64,000 nucleotides of DNA from a virus: positions 96,001 through 160,000 of IMG/VR virus record IMGVR_UViG_3300013102_000030. One strand, 5' to 3'. Under the pieces are notes generated by a model. The model saw only the letters and a program-made list of their open reading frames with translations, made no database searches and had not been told where the DNA came from. Position numbers and translations under genes: made by a program. Positions 8,664-18,567 of this stretch are shown piece after piece (within the stretch, counting starts at the first letter, position 1; each line of letters starts with the position of its first letter).

Positions 8664-9178
8664 ATGACAATCGCTACACTGCCAGTAAGGGTGCTCAATG
8701 CATCCTACGAAGACCTAGGACCGACTACGCTAGATCGTGCCATGGCGCTTGTCGAAGTTCAGGGCCGAGCAGAAATCATCATGGTTGACGAAACCAAGAC
8801 CATCCGAACAATGGGCGGACGAGAGTTCTTCCTGCCGAAGATGATTCGACTTCTCACATGAAAAAGGTTGATGTATATTGGGCACCGAAGACATGGTCCC
8901 GAGAAGGAGTAATCAAGCGAGACGGAGGTATCTGCGGATACTGTCTCAGCAGGAACGGTGACACTGTTGACCACATCCTAGCAAAGGATCTCGGTGGTAA
9001 GGGCGAATGGTTGAACACCATGGCCTGCTGCCTCAAATGCAACGGAGCCAAGTCCAACATGACTCTGGAAGCATGGGGAAAGCCCATCCTCCATGACATG
9101 AGCAAGGAGAGGGCTATCCCGAAGCAAATGTACTACCGGAGTGAATTCTCCAGACGCAAGCGTAAGAAGAACCACTAG
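8664..9178 (+). pseudogene. HNH endonuclease split by a -1 frameshift (8664-8861 and 8858-9178)
   Basis: VLNASYE...P..IRL N-terminal half, then RD...CGYC...TVDH...GG...N..CC..CN..K HNH half in another frame. Confidence 0.75.
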
Positions 9179-9229
9179 ATTGTCCCGGTTACCCAGTAGC
9201 CGGGACTTTCTGTTGCCCAAAAGGTGATT

Positions 9230-9451
9230 ATGATAGACTATCTAAAATGGCTGTTCAATAGGAAATGCCAACACGAGAGAATCCGCTGCATTCACGGAGA
9301 CGAAATCATTCAGGCTGGATACAAGAGGGCGACATGCCTTGACTGCCCGAAGCTCTTTGATTCCCTGCCGGAGTATTGCTCCTTCACTCTGGAGAAGCAT
9401 CCGTCCTTTGTTGTCCCTGTGACACACACAATGGACCCTCACCACAAATAA
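9230..9451 (+). CDS. Small Cys/His-rich hypothetical protein
   Basis: C.H...RCIHGDEI...C..C; AAAGG RBS. Confidence 0.7.
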   Translation: MIDYLKWLFNRKCQHERIRCIHGDEIIQAGYKRATCLDCPKLFDSLPEYCSFTLEKHPSFVVPVTHTMDPHHK

Positions 9452-9484
9452 GAAGACCCCCTCCGAAGAGGGGGTCTTTCTTTT
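9451..9484. terminator. Bidirectional terminator between convergent genes
   Basis: AAGACCCCCTC-CGAA-GAGGGGGTCTTT. Confidence 0.8.
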
Positions 9485-10904
9485 ACAATACTGTAAAGCT
9501 TTGGAGATCAAAGCCAATCTCAGAATCAATGACGAATGCCATCAATCCGGGATCGGAGTCAGATCCTGTCTTGTTGGCCCACCAGTCGGAGCCGTTGTCC
9601 AGCGTTGGAGTGGCGATCCAGTACTTCTGCTTACCAGTCTTGCGGGACCGGCCTGAAGGCTTTAGTCCTAGTGTATGGTAGTGAGCGGTGATCAGGATGT
9701 CTGATTCGGCAATCGGAGAGTTTCCGTGAACCTGCTTGGCCCACCAGTTCTCCATCTGCGCCAGCGAGGAGTCTTCACCGTGCACAAGGCCGATGCCAAG
9801 GCCCTGAACGTCGATATTGAGGCTCTTTTCCCAGTCTCCGGGGAATCGGAAGTCTACGTGCCCGTAAGCCTCTGGAGCGAGCTTGTACGCCTTCTGGATC
9901 TGCTTCAGGAGGAAGAGGCCCCAGTCGTCTGACGGACGGCCTAGAATGTCCTTGCCCTTTCGCCATGCTCCGTGATTGGAGGGAACTCCGGCTACGGTAA
10001 CCTTGTCGTGTGTACCGGCCAGCAGCGTGATAAACTCCTGCTCAAGCGTTCCCGCAAGGTCAAGCTGCTGCATGATGCTGAGGTCATTGGTGAATCCCTG
10101 CTGAGCGGTGTTTTCGAAGCTCTCAACAACGTCTCCACCATCAAGGAAGACCGCTTCAGAGCATCCTTGTTCTTCAATGTACTTGGCAAGCTTTTCCTTC
10201 TTCTCCATGACTCGCTCAATCAGAGCCTTGGAATCTCCACGGGAGCCGACCTTACCGGCCTGAAGATCCGAGAACGGAACAATTAGTGTACGGTTTGGGT
10301 TCTTGATCTTCTCAAGGGGACGGAGACCGTTGATGTTGATGGAGCGGTCACGGACTCCAATGGTGGAAGCGTAGGTTTTGACTTCTGCAAAGAGTGTAGT
10401 AAGGTCGAAGGTGTCAGGAGATTTCTTGCGGATGTTGAACTTGTAGTAGGAGAGCCAATCTCCACCGTACTGCTGCCACTGACGGACCTGTACAGTTTCA
10501 TTGAGAACTTCAAAGACTTCAGGATCGATCTTGAAGAAGCGCAGGATGTCGGAGAAGTCCTTCATATCCGGCTTGTTCTGAGCGGGGGAGACGATCTCAC
10601 CCTCATCACCAACAAGAGTGGCTTGAGGTTCCCATCCCTTAGGGGGTTTGACGACTCCCAGCAAAGGTGCTACGGTAGTTGTAGGAGTTCGGGGGATGCC
10701 AACAGGACTTGGAGCACAGTGCTTCCGGAAGTGGTTGGATACAGCGTCTGCCGAGATCTTCTCGTGGTTGTCTGTGATGTACTTGGCGAGAACGGTGTAA
10801 GGGGTTGCATCTTCTTCACGCCATGAATGAACAGCTTGAGACATGTCATGAGGCAGGTTGCACGTCACACACTGCTCTTCATATTTCGTAATGGGGTTTG
10901 TCAT
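9483..10904 (-). CDS. Metallophosphoesterase (Mre11/SbcD-like fold) with N-terminal Zn-finger-like domain
   Basis: SDLQAGK, GGDVVE, SNHG, VHG, AHYH motifs; C..C...HFRKH N-terminus; leaderless ATG 10904. Confidence 0.8.
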   Translation of the reverse strand: MTNPITKYEEQCVTCNLPHDMSQAVHSWREEDATPYTVLAKYITDNHEKISADAVSNHFRKHCAPSPVGIPRTPTTTVAPLLGVVKPPKGWEPQATLVGDEGEIVSPAQNKPDMKDFSDILRFFKIDPEVFEVLNETVQVRQWQQYGGDWLSYYKFNIRKKSPDTFDLTTLFAEVKTYASTIGVRDRSININGLRPLEKIKNPNRTLIVPFSDLQAGKVGSRGDSKALIERVMEKKEKLAKYIEEQGCSEAVFLDGGDVVESFENTAQQGFTNDLSIMQQLDLAGTLEQEFITLLAGTHDKVTVAGVPSNHGAWRKGKDILGRPSDDWGLFLLKQIQKAYKLAPEAYGHVDFRFPGDWEKSLNIDVQGLGIGLVHGEDSSLAQMENWWAKQVHGNSPIAESDILITAHYHTLGLKPSGRSRKTGKQKYWIATPTLDNGSDWWANKTGSDSDPGLMAFVIDSEIGFDLQSFTVL

Positions 10905-10967
10905 ACGGACCATTCTATCATATAGTACGGTTTTGCGTAAATCGGAGCGATATGATAAACTGTCGTC
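10905..10967. promoter_or_regulatory. Divergent leaderless promoters
   Basis: Plus strand TTGCGT-N17-TAAACT-6nt-ATG10968; minus strand TGA-TAGAAT-7nt-ATG10904. Confidence 0.65.
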
Positions 10968-11360
10968 ATGACAATCACAACCCCTAAGCCAGAACGCGTC
11001 GAAATTCTCAACGAAGCCGCAGGTCTCATCGTAGGCCAGCGACAGGAGGACTACGGTACTCCCGAAGAGAACTTCCAGCGGATGGCTGATTACGCAAACA
11101 TTCACTTCAAGAAGAACCTTGAGAACAACATCCCCATCTCAGCGCGTCAGACCGCTGAGTACATGATCCTCCTCAAGATGGCCCGTACCATCAACAGCCC
11201 GACCCGCGACTCTTACGTGGACATCGGAGGCTACGCAGGCATTGCCGGTGAACTCGCCAAGAATGAAAAGACTGCAAAGCTCATCGTGGACGGCTCAATC
11301 CAGTTCATCCCCAACTCTGTCGCCAACACCGGCATCACTTCCGTGAAGGTTCAGGGCTAA
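10968..11360 (+). CDS. DUF6378-like protein
   Basis: A..LI.G.RQ.DYG.P.ENF...LLK.AR...DS.VDI.GYA. Confidence 0.8.
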   Translation: MTITTPKPERVEILNEAAGLIVGQRQEDYGTPEENFQRMADYANIHFKKNLENNIPISARQTAEYMILLKMARTINSPTRDSYVDIGGYAGIAGELAKNEKTAKLIVDGSIQFIPNSVANTGITSVKVQG

Positions 11361-11551
11361 TGCTGGGAAACTACCAGAAGTACGAAGTAAACGTCAAGTT
11401 CATCTACGAAGGTGAAGTCTTTCCCGGAGATCCGGATGATGTTTACCAGCTTGCAGAGCAGGAAAAATCCTTCATCCGTGGAGAACTGGACGCGCTGTTT
11501 GAAACAGCAGAGGTCAAGAGTCTCACCGTAACCCCTGTTATAGGAGAGTAA
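11360..11551 (+). CDS. Hypothetical protein
   Basis: TAATG coupling at both ends. Confidence 0.7.
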   Translation: MLGNYQKYEVNVKFIYEGEVFPGDPDDVYQLAEQEKSFIRGELDALFETAEVKSLTVTPVIGE

Positions 11552-12609
11552 TGAAAGTACTTGGACTAGCCGCTGACAATGGGGGTTGCGGCTTTTATCG
11601 TCTCCGTGCTCCCGCTGAGGCAGCACTTGCCCTCGGTGTTGATATCACGATTGCAGACGGTATCGATGCAAAAGCCACCAAGTTTCCTGACGGCACGGTT
11701 CAAGTAGATGAACTCCACACGGACGCTGACCTTATCATAGTTCAGCGTCCGTTGGACAACTCAATGACCGCCATTATTGAACAGGCCAAGAAGCAAGGCA
11801 TTGCTACGATGGTGGAGCTTGATGACGACTTCTCCACCGTTCATACTCGAAACGTAGCGCATTCTTCCATCACTGGCAAGGCCACTCTTGGTAACCAGTG
11901 GGTAGAGAAAGCTGCTGCCACAGCGGATCACGTATCCATCTCCACTCCACAGCTTGCCAAGTACGCCCGTCATGGCCGATACTCAATCCTCAGGAACTGT
12001 GTCCCTGAGTCCATCTTTGATGTAGTCAACGTCAAGTCGGAAGGACAGAAGTGGCCCCGTATTGGCTGGTCAGGCACTGTCCAGACTCACCCGTTCGATC
12101 TTCAGGAGACCAAGGGACGAGTAGCTGACGTACTGGCCGAGAATGGTCTTCCATTCAACGTAATCGGTGACGGGCAACAGGTGGCAACGGCCCTCAGGCT
12201 CAAGCCTGATCATCCGGTCTATGCTACGGGATGGGTTCCAATCGAGCAGTACTACATGCATCTGTACTCTTTTGTTGACATCGGAATCGTTCCGTTGGAG
12301 ATCTCTCCCTTCAATCAGGCCAAGTCGGCTCTGAAGGGTCTTGAGTACGCTGCCCTTGGAATTCCGTTCGTAGCTTCTCCTACCCGCGAGTATGAGCGGC
12401 TGGCAGCTTACGGAATCGGTAAGATTGCACGCAATCCGGCTGAGTGGAAGAAGCACCTTCAGAGGATGATTGATCGTCCTGCTGAAACCGAAAGAATCGG
12501 CAAAGAGTCTCGTGATAGAATTAGAGCAGAACACACCTACCGTGTGAACGCTCCCCAGTGGATTGAAGCTTGGGAGAAAGCTATACACTATCGAAAGACC
12601 CAGCCATGA
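11551..12609 (+). CDS. Glycosyltransferase (GT-B)
   Basis: GCGFYRL, ELDDD, IGWSG, DIGIVPL...FN.AKS.LK.LEY. Confidence 0.88.
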   Translation: MKVLGLAADNGGCGFYRLRAPAEAALALGVDITIADGIDAKATKFPDGTVQVDELHTDADLIIVQRPLDNSMTAIIEQAKKQGIATMVELDDDFSTVHTRNVAHSSITGKATLGNQWVEKAAATADHVSISTPQLAKYARHGRYSILRNCVPESIFDVVNVKSEGQKWPRIGWSGTVQTHPFDLQETKGRVADVLAENGLPFNVIGDGQQVATALRLKPDHPVYATGWVPIEQYYMHLYSFVDIGIVPLEISPFNQAKSALKGLEYAALGIPFVASPTREYERLAAYGIGKIARNPAEWKKHLQRMIDRPAETERIGKESRDRIRAEHTYRVNAPQWIEAWEKAIHYRKTQP

Positions 12610-12854
12610 ATAAACCGCAACTAATCGCTGAGATCAACAAGCTTCCAGACAACGTTGAGTTTCTAGTCTCCAAAGATGCTGAGGGCAACGCCTTCTCACC
12701 ACTTGAAGCCTTCTCCCTTGAGTATGTGGATGAACTCGATTATGACTCCGGCATCATAGAAAACGTTTTCACGGAAGAGGATCTGCGGGAGGACTCAGAG
12801 GACGGCGAGATCCCTGACAACTTCAGGCTTGTAGCGGTCGCTTGGCGTAGGTAG
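12606..12854 (+). CDS. Acidic hypothetical protein
   Basis: ATGA overlap; D/E-rich. Confidence 0.7.
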   Translation: MNKPQLIAEINKLPDNVEFLVSKDAEGNAFSPLEAFSLEYVDELDYDSGIIENVFTEEDLREDSEDGEIPDNFRLVAVAWRR

Positions 12855-12885
12855 TACCGGGCATCCAAAAGTTTTTCTCATAGTG

Positions 12886-12915
12886 TTGACAAGGTGAATT
12901 TCCTAAGACTATAGT
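12886..12915 (+). promoter_or_regulatory. SigA-type promoter
   Basis: TTGACA...TATAGT upstream of the DUF932 gene. Confidence 0.65.
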
Positions 12916-12964
12916 AGAGGCATAAGCAAAAGAGCACACCACTACATAGCAAAGGAGATTCACC

Positions 12965-13975
12965 ATGGCACATGATCTGGATTTTGACGAACAGGGTAAC
13001 GCCCGTTTCTTCTCCGGAGAAGGAAAGACCCCTTGGCACAACGTTGGCAAGGTCATCTCGGGAGAGGCAACCGCTGAGGAAGCCCTGAAGCTCGCTGGAC
13101 TCGACTGGACGGTCAACCTCCGTCCCACGTACCACGAGATCCCGTCCAAGTACGACGACGAAGGCAACGTAGAGGAATGGAAGCTCGTCAAGATTCCAGA
13201 CCGCTTCTCCGCTGTCCGTGACATCGACAACAAGAGCCTCGGAATCGTTGGCAAGGGCTATCACGTCTACAACAACGTGGAGTCGTTCGCCTTCCTGAAC
13301 AACCTGACGGACACCGGTTCCGGAGACGCTGTCTTCTCGACCGCTGGTGCCCTGAACGGTGGCAAGTCGGTCTTCATGACCATGAGGATCGGTGACCGGT
13401 TCATGGTCGGTGATCAGGATGCTCACGATCTGTACATCATGGCAACCAACAGCCACGATGCCAAGCAGTCCTTCATCGTCTCCATCACTCAGATCCGGGC
13501 AGTCTGCCGGAACACGGTTACTCTCGGACTGGCAGCAGCCAAGACCAAGTGGAGCCTGCGGCATAAGATGTCGCTGGAAGGACGCGTACAGGATGCACGA
13601 GACATCCTGAAGATGTCCTTCAACTACGAGAAGGAGTTCCAGAAGCTCGTCTCTGAGATGATCGACATTGAGGTCAACAAGCAGAAGTTCTACGAGATCA
13701 TTGATGAATGCCTGCCTGAGTCTCCGCAGCAGCACACCAAGGACCTTGACGCGATCATGAACGTCTGGGAGAACGAAGAGACCTGCCGGATGGGCGGCGG
13801 TGACAAGGCCAACGGCTGGAGGGCCTTCAACGCAGTTACCTTCTGGACCGACAACGTCAAGGACTACCGCACCCCGGAGTCCAAGTTCAACTCCATCATC
13901 GGAGCCGGTGTCGGAACCGGTCTGGCTGAGAAGCTTCGCCCCGCAGTCCAGAAGCGGATCATGGCTCTGGCCTAA
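12965..13975 (+). CDS. DUF932 family protein
   Basis: PWH..G, AGLDW.V, TAGAL.GG, NSHD, R.VC.NT, W.AFNAVT. Confidence 0.88.
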   Translation: MAHDLDFDEQGNARFFSGEGKTPWHNVGKVISGEATAEEALKLAGLDWTVNLRPTYHEIPSKYDDEGNVEEWKLVKIPDRFSAVRDIDNKSLGIVGKGYHVYNNVESFAFLNNLTDTGSGDAVFSTAGALNGGKSVFMTMRIGDRFMVGDQDAHDLYIMATNSHDAKQSFIVSITQIRAVCRNTVTLGLAAAKTKWSLRHKMSLEGRVQDARDILKMSFNYEKEFQKLVSEMIDIEVNKQKFYEIIDECLPESPQQHTKDLDAIMNVWENEETCRMGGGDKANGWRAFNAVTFWTDNVKDYRTPESKFNSIIGAGVGTGLAEKLRPAVQKRIMALA

Positions 13976-14051
13976 GAGTTGCGGAAATAACTAAACACTG
14001 GTAGGATGGGTCTAGAAATAGATCCATCCTACTACTGTATAAGGACCCATA

Positions 14052-15173
14052 TTGCCTTGGAGCGCTGACGAGAACCGCGAGTGGATTCTCTCCCAGATTT
14101 TACCTTCTGACCACATTCTTGACGTAGGAGCCGGAGCCGGTATCTGGGCTGACCTTCTACGCGGAAAGGGAGTCAGCAAGCGCAACATCCACGCAGTGGA
14201 GATCTTTGAGCCGTACATCTCCCGGTTCGGTCTGGAAGAGAAGTACAGCAAGATCTACCTAGGCGACTTCCAGACGCTGGGAATCCGTACCGATTACTAC
14301 AACGTACTCATCATGGGTGACGTTCTGGAGCACTTCAAGATGGAAGATGCCCTGAAAGTCTGGGAGAAGGCTCGACAGATCGTCGGCCCTCAGGGCATTG
14401 TCCTGCTATCAACCCCCATCATCGACTTCCCGCAGGGTGAGGAAGAGGGGAACATCCACGAAGCACACCTGTCAGCGTTCGACATGGAAGCGCTCAAGGG
14501 CCTCTCAGGAGTCTACGGACACGCTGAGGGTACAATCATCGGCTCTATCGCTGCAAAGGGCGCAGATACGCCTGTAGCGCAGGATCTGAGTGTCCTGATC
14601 ACCACCATCCCGACCCGGTCTGAACTCATGGTGGAGGCTCATCGGAGTGTAATCCAGCAGTCCCTTCTTCCCAAAGAGATCATTGTTCAGGAGGACACCG
14701 AAAGACTAGGAGCGCCCGGCAACCGTGATGCCGGTATCGACAAGGTCAAGACGAAATACGTCGCGCTGCTGGATGACGATGACTACTTCTACCCGGACCA
14801 CTTGGAAACACTATACCAAACTGCGCTTGACACAGATGCAGACATTGTGTATTCTTGGTTCGACGTTGACGGTGGAGAAGACCCCTTCCCGGAGAACTTT
14901 GGAAAGCCTTGGAACCCCAAGAAACCTGTCCAGACGACCGTAACTGTTCTTGCCAAGACCGATGTCATCCGCAAAGCCGGTGGATACACCAACAAATTCG
15001 ATCTGAACATGGATGCTCTGGGTGAAATTGCCCAAGGGAGCACTGCTGGAGAAGATTACCGAATGGTTTTCAATGCCAATTCTCAGGGTGCCAAGATCGT
15101 CCATGTGCCCAAAAAGACATGGGCCTACAGGCATCACGATTCCAACACGTCAGGACACTCTGACCGCTGGTAA
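14052..15173 (+). CDS. SAM methyltransferase-GT2 glycosyltransferase fusion
   Basis: LDVGAGAG, GDVLEH; then ITTIP.R, LDDDD, GED. Confidence 0.85.
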   Translation: MPWSADENREWILSQILPSDHILDVGAGAGIWADLLRGKGVSKRNIHAVEIFEPYISRFGLEEKYSKIYLGDFQTLGIRTDYYNVLIMGDVLEHFKMEDALKVWEKARQIVGPQGIVLLSTPIIDFPQGEEEGNIHEAHLSAFDMEALKGLSGVYGHAEGTIIGSIAAKGADTPVAQDLSVLITTIPTRSELMVEAHRSVIQQSLLPKEIIVQEDTERLGAPGNRDAGIDKVKTKYVALLDDDDYFYPDHLETLYQTALDTDADIVYSWFDVDGGEDPFPENFGKPWNPKKPVQTTVTVLAKTDVIRKAGGYTNKFDLNMDALGEIAQGSTAGEDYRMVFNANSQGAKIVHVPKKTWAYRHHDSNTSGHSDRW

Positions 15174-15247
15174 GATAAGTATGCTGACTGGATAAATCCA
15201 CATGGTACACTGGTTGGGGAGGCTCCATCACCAACTGGAGAATAATC

Positions 15248-15541
15248 ATGACCAAACCAGACTACGCTCTAGAGTACGTCTTTCGACGTAGCCAGTTCAA
15301 CCGTACCATGTGGATTCTTGTCGCTATCTGGGTGGCACTGCGCCTTTGCCGTGCCCTCATTATCCTCACTGTGGGACTCACATGGCTTGCGTCTATCCCT
15401 GCCATGATCATCTTCTGGGGATCAGGTCTCATCTGTGGACTGATCCTTGCCACATACTATGTATACCGCCGCTCCGTGCGTATTGATTCAATCGAGCGCG
15501 AGAGGAGTAACATAGCCAAGCTAAAAGAAAAGGTAAAATGA
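15248..15541 (+). CDS. Membrane protein (2 TM)
   Basis: Hydrophobic segments; GGAG RBS. Confidence 0.75.
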   Translation: MTKPDYALEYVFRRSQFNRTMWILVAIWVALRLCRALIILTVGLTWLASIPAMIIFWGSGLICGLILATYYVYRRSVRIDSIERERSNIAKLKEKVK

Positions 15542-16722
15542 CCGAAACGTACATCTTTGACCTCATCAATGGTGCAGAGCTTTTCAAGATGCAGCAGGAA
15601 GGCCGCATCAACCGACAGGTTCACCCTAAGCTTCCGATCTCCATCTTCAACTACACAGCCGCAGCACAGTTCAAGAACATCTGGACTGACGCTGAGCGGA
15701 TCTGCCGTGGCTTGATCATTGAGGACGGAACCGGTAAGGTGATTGCCCGTGGACCGTCCAAGTTCATGAACTATGGTGACCCCAAGGCTGCTGAAGTCTC
15801 TCTGGAGGACGAGGTCTGGGTTACCCGGAAGGAAGACGGCTCCCTAGGCATCGGCTGGGAGTACAATGGTGAGTTTGGTGTTGCTACCCGTGGTTCCTTT
15901 GACTCTCCTCAGGCACGACACGCTACGGCCAAGCTGACTGAGGAAGAAAAGCAGGACATCCTGAGTGAGCGCACCAAGGGCCGAACCGCCATCTGGGAGA
16001 TTGTCTACCCTGACAACCGAATTGTCCTAGACTATGGTGATAGGGATGAACTGATCAAGATCGGTGGAGTCCGCAACGATTCCGGCCTCATCTCTTTGCG
16101 CCCTTTCAAGCTCTTCATGTCCATCCGCAAGGGTGGAAATCCCGTGATGACCTTCAAGGAAGCCCTTGAGCTTCCAATTCCGGATGACCAAGAGGGTTAT
16201 GTCATTGACATCCTGAAGGACGGATGGATTCAAGGCCACGTCAAGCTCAAGGGTGAAGCCTACAAGCTTCTTCACGGCCTGCTGACCAACACCAACGCTC
16301 GCCGGATCTGAATGCAGCTTGCGTGGAGGGCATGCAAGGATCTTCTGCCCAACGATCCCAAAGTGATTGCGTTCCGACTCGGAAACGACCCTCGGGACTT
16401 TGAGCGGATTGACACTACCAAGACCATTGAGGAGACCTTCCTTGAGAAGGTTCCCGATGAGTTCTACGGATGGGTGACCAAGCAAATTGACAGCATTGAA
16501 GACAATGTGTACAGTCTTACAGGTCAGGCAAAAGTCCTGATTGACAAGATTGCTGATGTCTCGGACAAGCGTGAGCGCTGGGAAATGGCCAAGGATCACC
16601 CGCTCTGCACTGAGATTCTGAGGGCTAAGAACTCTGAAGACCTCTCCGGATGCACCGTCTTGGCTTGGAAACTGTCCCGTCCGGGTGACGAGACTCCCTT
16701 CAAATCAAAGGAAGAAGACTAA
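15538..16722 (+). CDS. T4 Rnl1-like RNA ligase interrupted by an in-frame TGA at 16309-16311
   Basis: CRGLI, KF.N, KEDGSL, ATRGSF.S.QA, NRIVLDY, EGYV, VKLK motifs; ORF 16312-16722 continues in the same frame. Confidence 0.85.
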
Positions 16723-16723
16723 C

Positions 16724-17218
16724 TTGAAGAAACTGATCATTGCCGGTATTGCCGTCGCAGCGCTCGCGCTCACTGGATGTGGGGCCTCCGGCAGTCGCGG
16801 CTTTGAGAGTGACGATTACGACTACGGCGGATACTCCAGCAATGGAGGATGGACCGACTCTGATTGGGACATGGACCGAACAACGGTCTATAACAACAAC
16901 ACGTACTGCCAAGGCGGAACGTACATGCCTCTGGCAAACAACCAGTACTCGTGCAACCGGAACGGAGTCGTCACGGCTCCTCTGGTCCGTCCCAAGCAGA
17001 TCATACCTCCCAAGTCCCAGCAGAAGGCTCCTGCCGACGTTCTGAAGCGAGTGGAGCAGCAGAAGGCTGAACGCCTGAAGCAGCGTCAGGAAGCTGCAAA
17101 GAAAGCTGAGCAGCAGAAGCAGCAACAACAATCACAGAAGAATGCCCCAGCGCAGAAGGCACCGGCTCCCGCCAAGCCTCCTGCTCCTGCAAAGGCTCCT
17201 CCTGCCAAATCCAAGTAG
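16724..17218 (+). CDS. Lipoprotein with Gln/Lys/Pro-rich tail
   Basis: TTG start, lipobox LTGC. Confidence 0.75.
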   Translation: MKKLIIAGIAVAALALTGCGASGSRGFESDDYDYGGYSSNGGWTDSDWDMDRTTVYNNNTYCQGGTYMPLANNQYSCNRNGVVTAPLVRPKQIIPPKSQQKAPADVLKRVEQQKAERLKQRQEAAKKAEQQKQQQQSQKNAPAQKAPAPAKPPAPAKAPPAKSK

Positions 17219-17227
17219 AAAGAGAAA

Positions 17228-18178
17228 ATGCTAAACCCTAACCAAGAACTTCTGATCCTGCGCGGTTTGCAGGGTTCAGGTAAGACCACCTTCGCCCACC
17301 AGTGGGTAGCTGAAGATCCGGACTGGCGCTTCCGTGTCAACCGGGATGACCTCCGCAAGCAGGGCTACAACATGCTGTGGGGCCTGTCAAACCACATGGA
17401 GGGAACAATCTCCCTCATGGAGGAAGCCTGCGCCAAGGCAGCGCTCGCGGCTGGTTTGTCTGTCGTCATCGACGCAACGAACCTCAAGGCCCGTACCGTG
17501 AAGGAATGGTACGCAGTAGCTGAAAAGGCCGGAGTTCCCGTCCGTGTCCATGACATCGACACTCCTCTTGACATATGCATCGAGAGGGACAAGAATAGGG
17601 AGAAGAAGGTTGGCGAAGATGTCATCCGACGCTACAACGACCGGTTCTTCCAGAAGGGGAAGCTGCCACCGGTTCCCGAGAATGTCAAGAAGGAAGGAGT
17701 TTCTGTGCAAGGCCGAGCTTACGTACCGAATCCTGACCTTCCAAAGGCTATCTGGGTTGACGTTGACGGCACGCTGGCTGAGAGGGTCCATCCCGGAGCC
17801 AACCAGCCTGTCCGTGGACCGTTTGACGAAGACCGAGTGATGGAAGACGCACCGATCCCACACATCGTGGAACTGGTCCGAATCCTTCACGCTGCCGGAT
17901 TCAAGATCGTCATCATGTCCGGACGTACAGATGGATGCAAGGCTCTTACGGAACAGTGGCTCATCGAGCACGCTATCCCGTACGACGACATCTTCATGCG
18001 CCGTACCGTAGAAGATAAGAACCGCAAGGACAACATTGTCAAGCACGACCTCTTCTGGGCGAACGTTGCCCCGAAGTACAATGTGGTCTACGCACTGGAT
18101 GACCGTCAGCAGGTTGTTGACTTCACCCGTGATGTCCTGAAGATCCCTGTGTTGCAGGTAGCTCCCGGACTGTTCTGA
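17228..18178 (+). CDS. pnk: Polynucleotide kinase/3'-phosphatase (Pnkp)
   Basis: GLQGSGKTT, NRDDLR, DATNL; HAD domain DVDGTL, SGR, DDR. Confidence 0.93.
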   Translation: MLNPNQELLILRGLQGSGKTTFAHQWVAEDPDWRFRVNRDDLRKQGYNMLWGLSNHMEGTISLMEEACAKAALAAGLSVVIDATNLKARTVKEWYAVAEKAGVPVRVHDIDTPLDICIERDKNREKKVGEDVIRRYNDRFFQKGKLPPVPENVKKEGVSVQGRAYVPNPDLPKAIWVDVDGTLAERVHPGANQPVRGPFDEDRVMEDAPIPHIVELVRILHAAGFKIVIMSGRTDGCKALTEQWLIEHAIPYDDIFMRRTVEDKNRKDNIVKHDLFWANVAPKYNVVYALDDRQQVVDFTRDVLKIPVLQVAPGLF

Positions 18179-18186
18179 TTCGACAC

Positions 18187-18228
18187 AAAGCAGGTTGAGA
18201 GGTATGATTATCTCTCAACCTGCTTTTC
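18187..18228 (+). terminator. Inverted repeat/terminator with TATGAT in the loop
   Basis: AAAGCAGGTTGAGAG-GTATGATTAT-CTCTCAACCTGCTTT. Confidence 0.7.
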
Positions 18229-18246
18229 TATCATCTAAGGAGAAAT

Positions 18247-18567
18247 ATGACCACCGAAGTCATTGAGAAGGAACAAGAAGAGGCCACCGAAGTCTCCGAC
18301 GAACTCAAGGTCATCGAGCTTGAGGCCAACAGCAAGAAGTTTGAATTCGATACCCGCCATCGTTGTGACCACAGCGGTGTTGAAGGTACCAGCACGTCCT
18401 GCGGTGCACAGGCATATATCCGTGCCACGCTGAAGAACGGTGACACCCTCATCTTCTGCTCCCACCATGCCAACGAAGTAGAGGCCGCTCTGAAGCCGCT
18501 CTGCTCCGAATGGTACTCAGAGACCAGCCGCCTTGTCCATGACCGCAAGAAGGGATCAGAGAACTGA
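18247..18567 (+). CDS. Small actinobacterial Zn-binding protein
   Basis: RCD...CGAQAY...L.FC.HH motif; AAGGAG RBS. Confidence 0.8.
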   Translation: MTTEVIEKEQEEATEVSDELKVIELEANSKKFEFDTRHRCDHSGVEGTSTSCGAQAYIRATLKNGDTLIFCSHHANEVEAALKPLCSEWYSETSRLVHDRKKGSEN

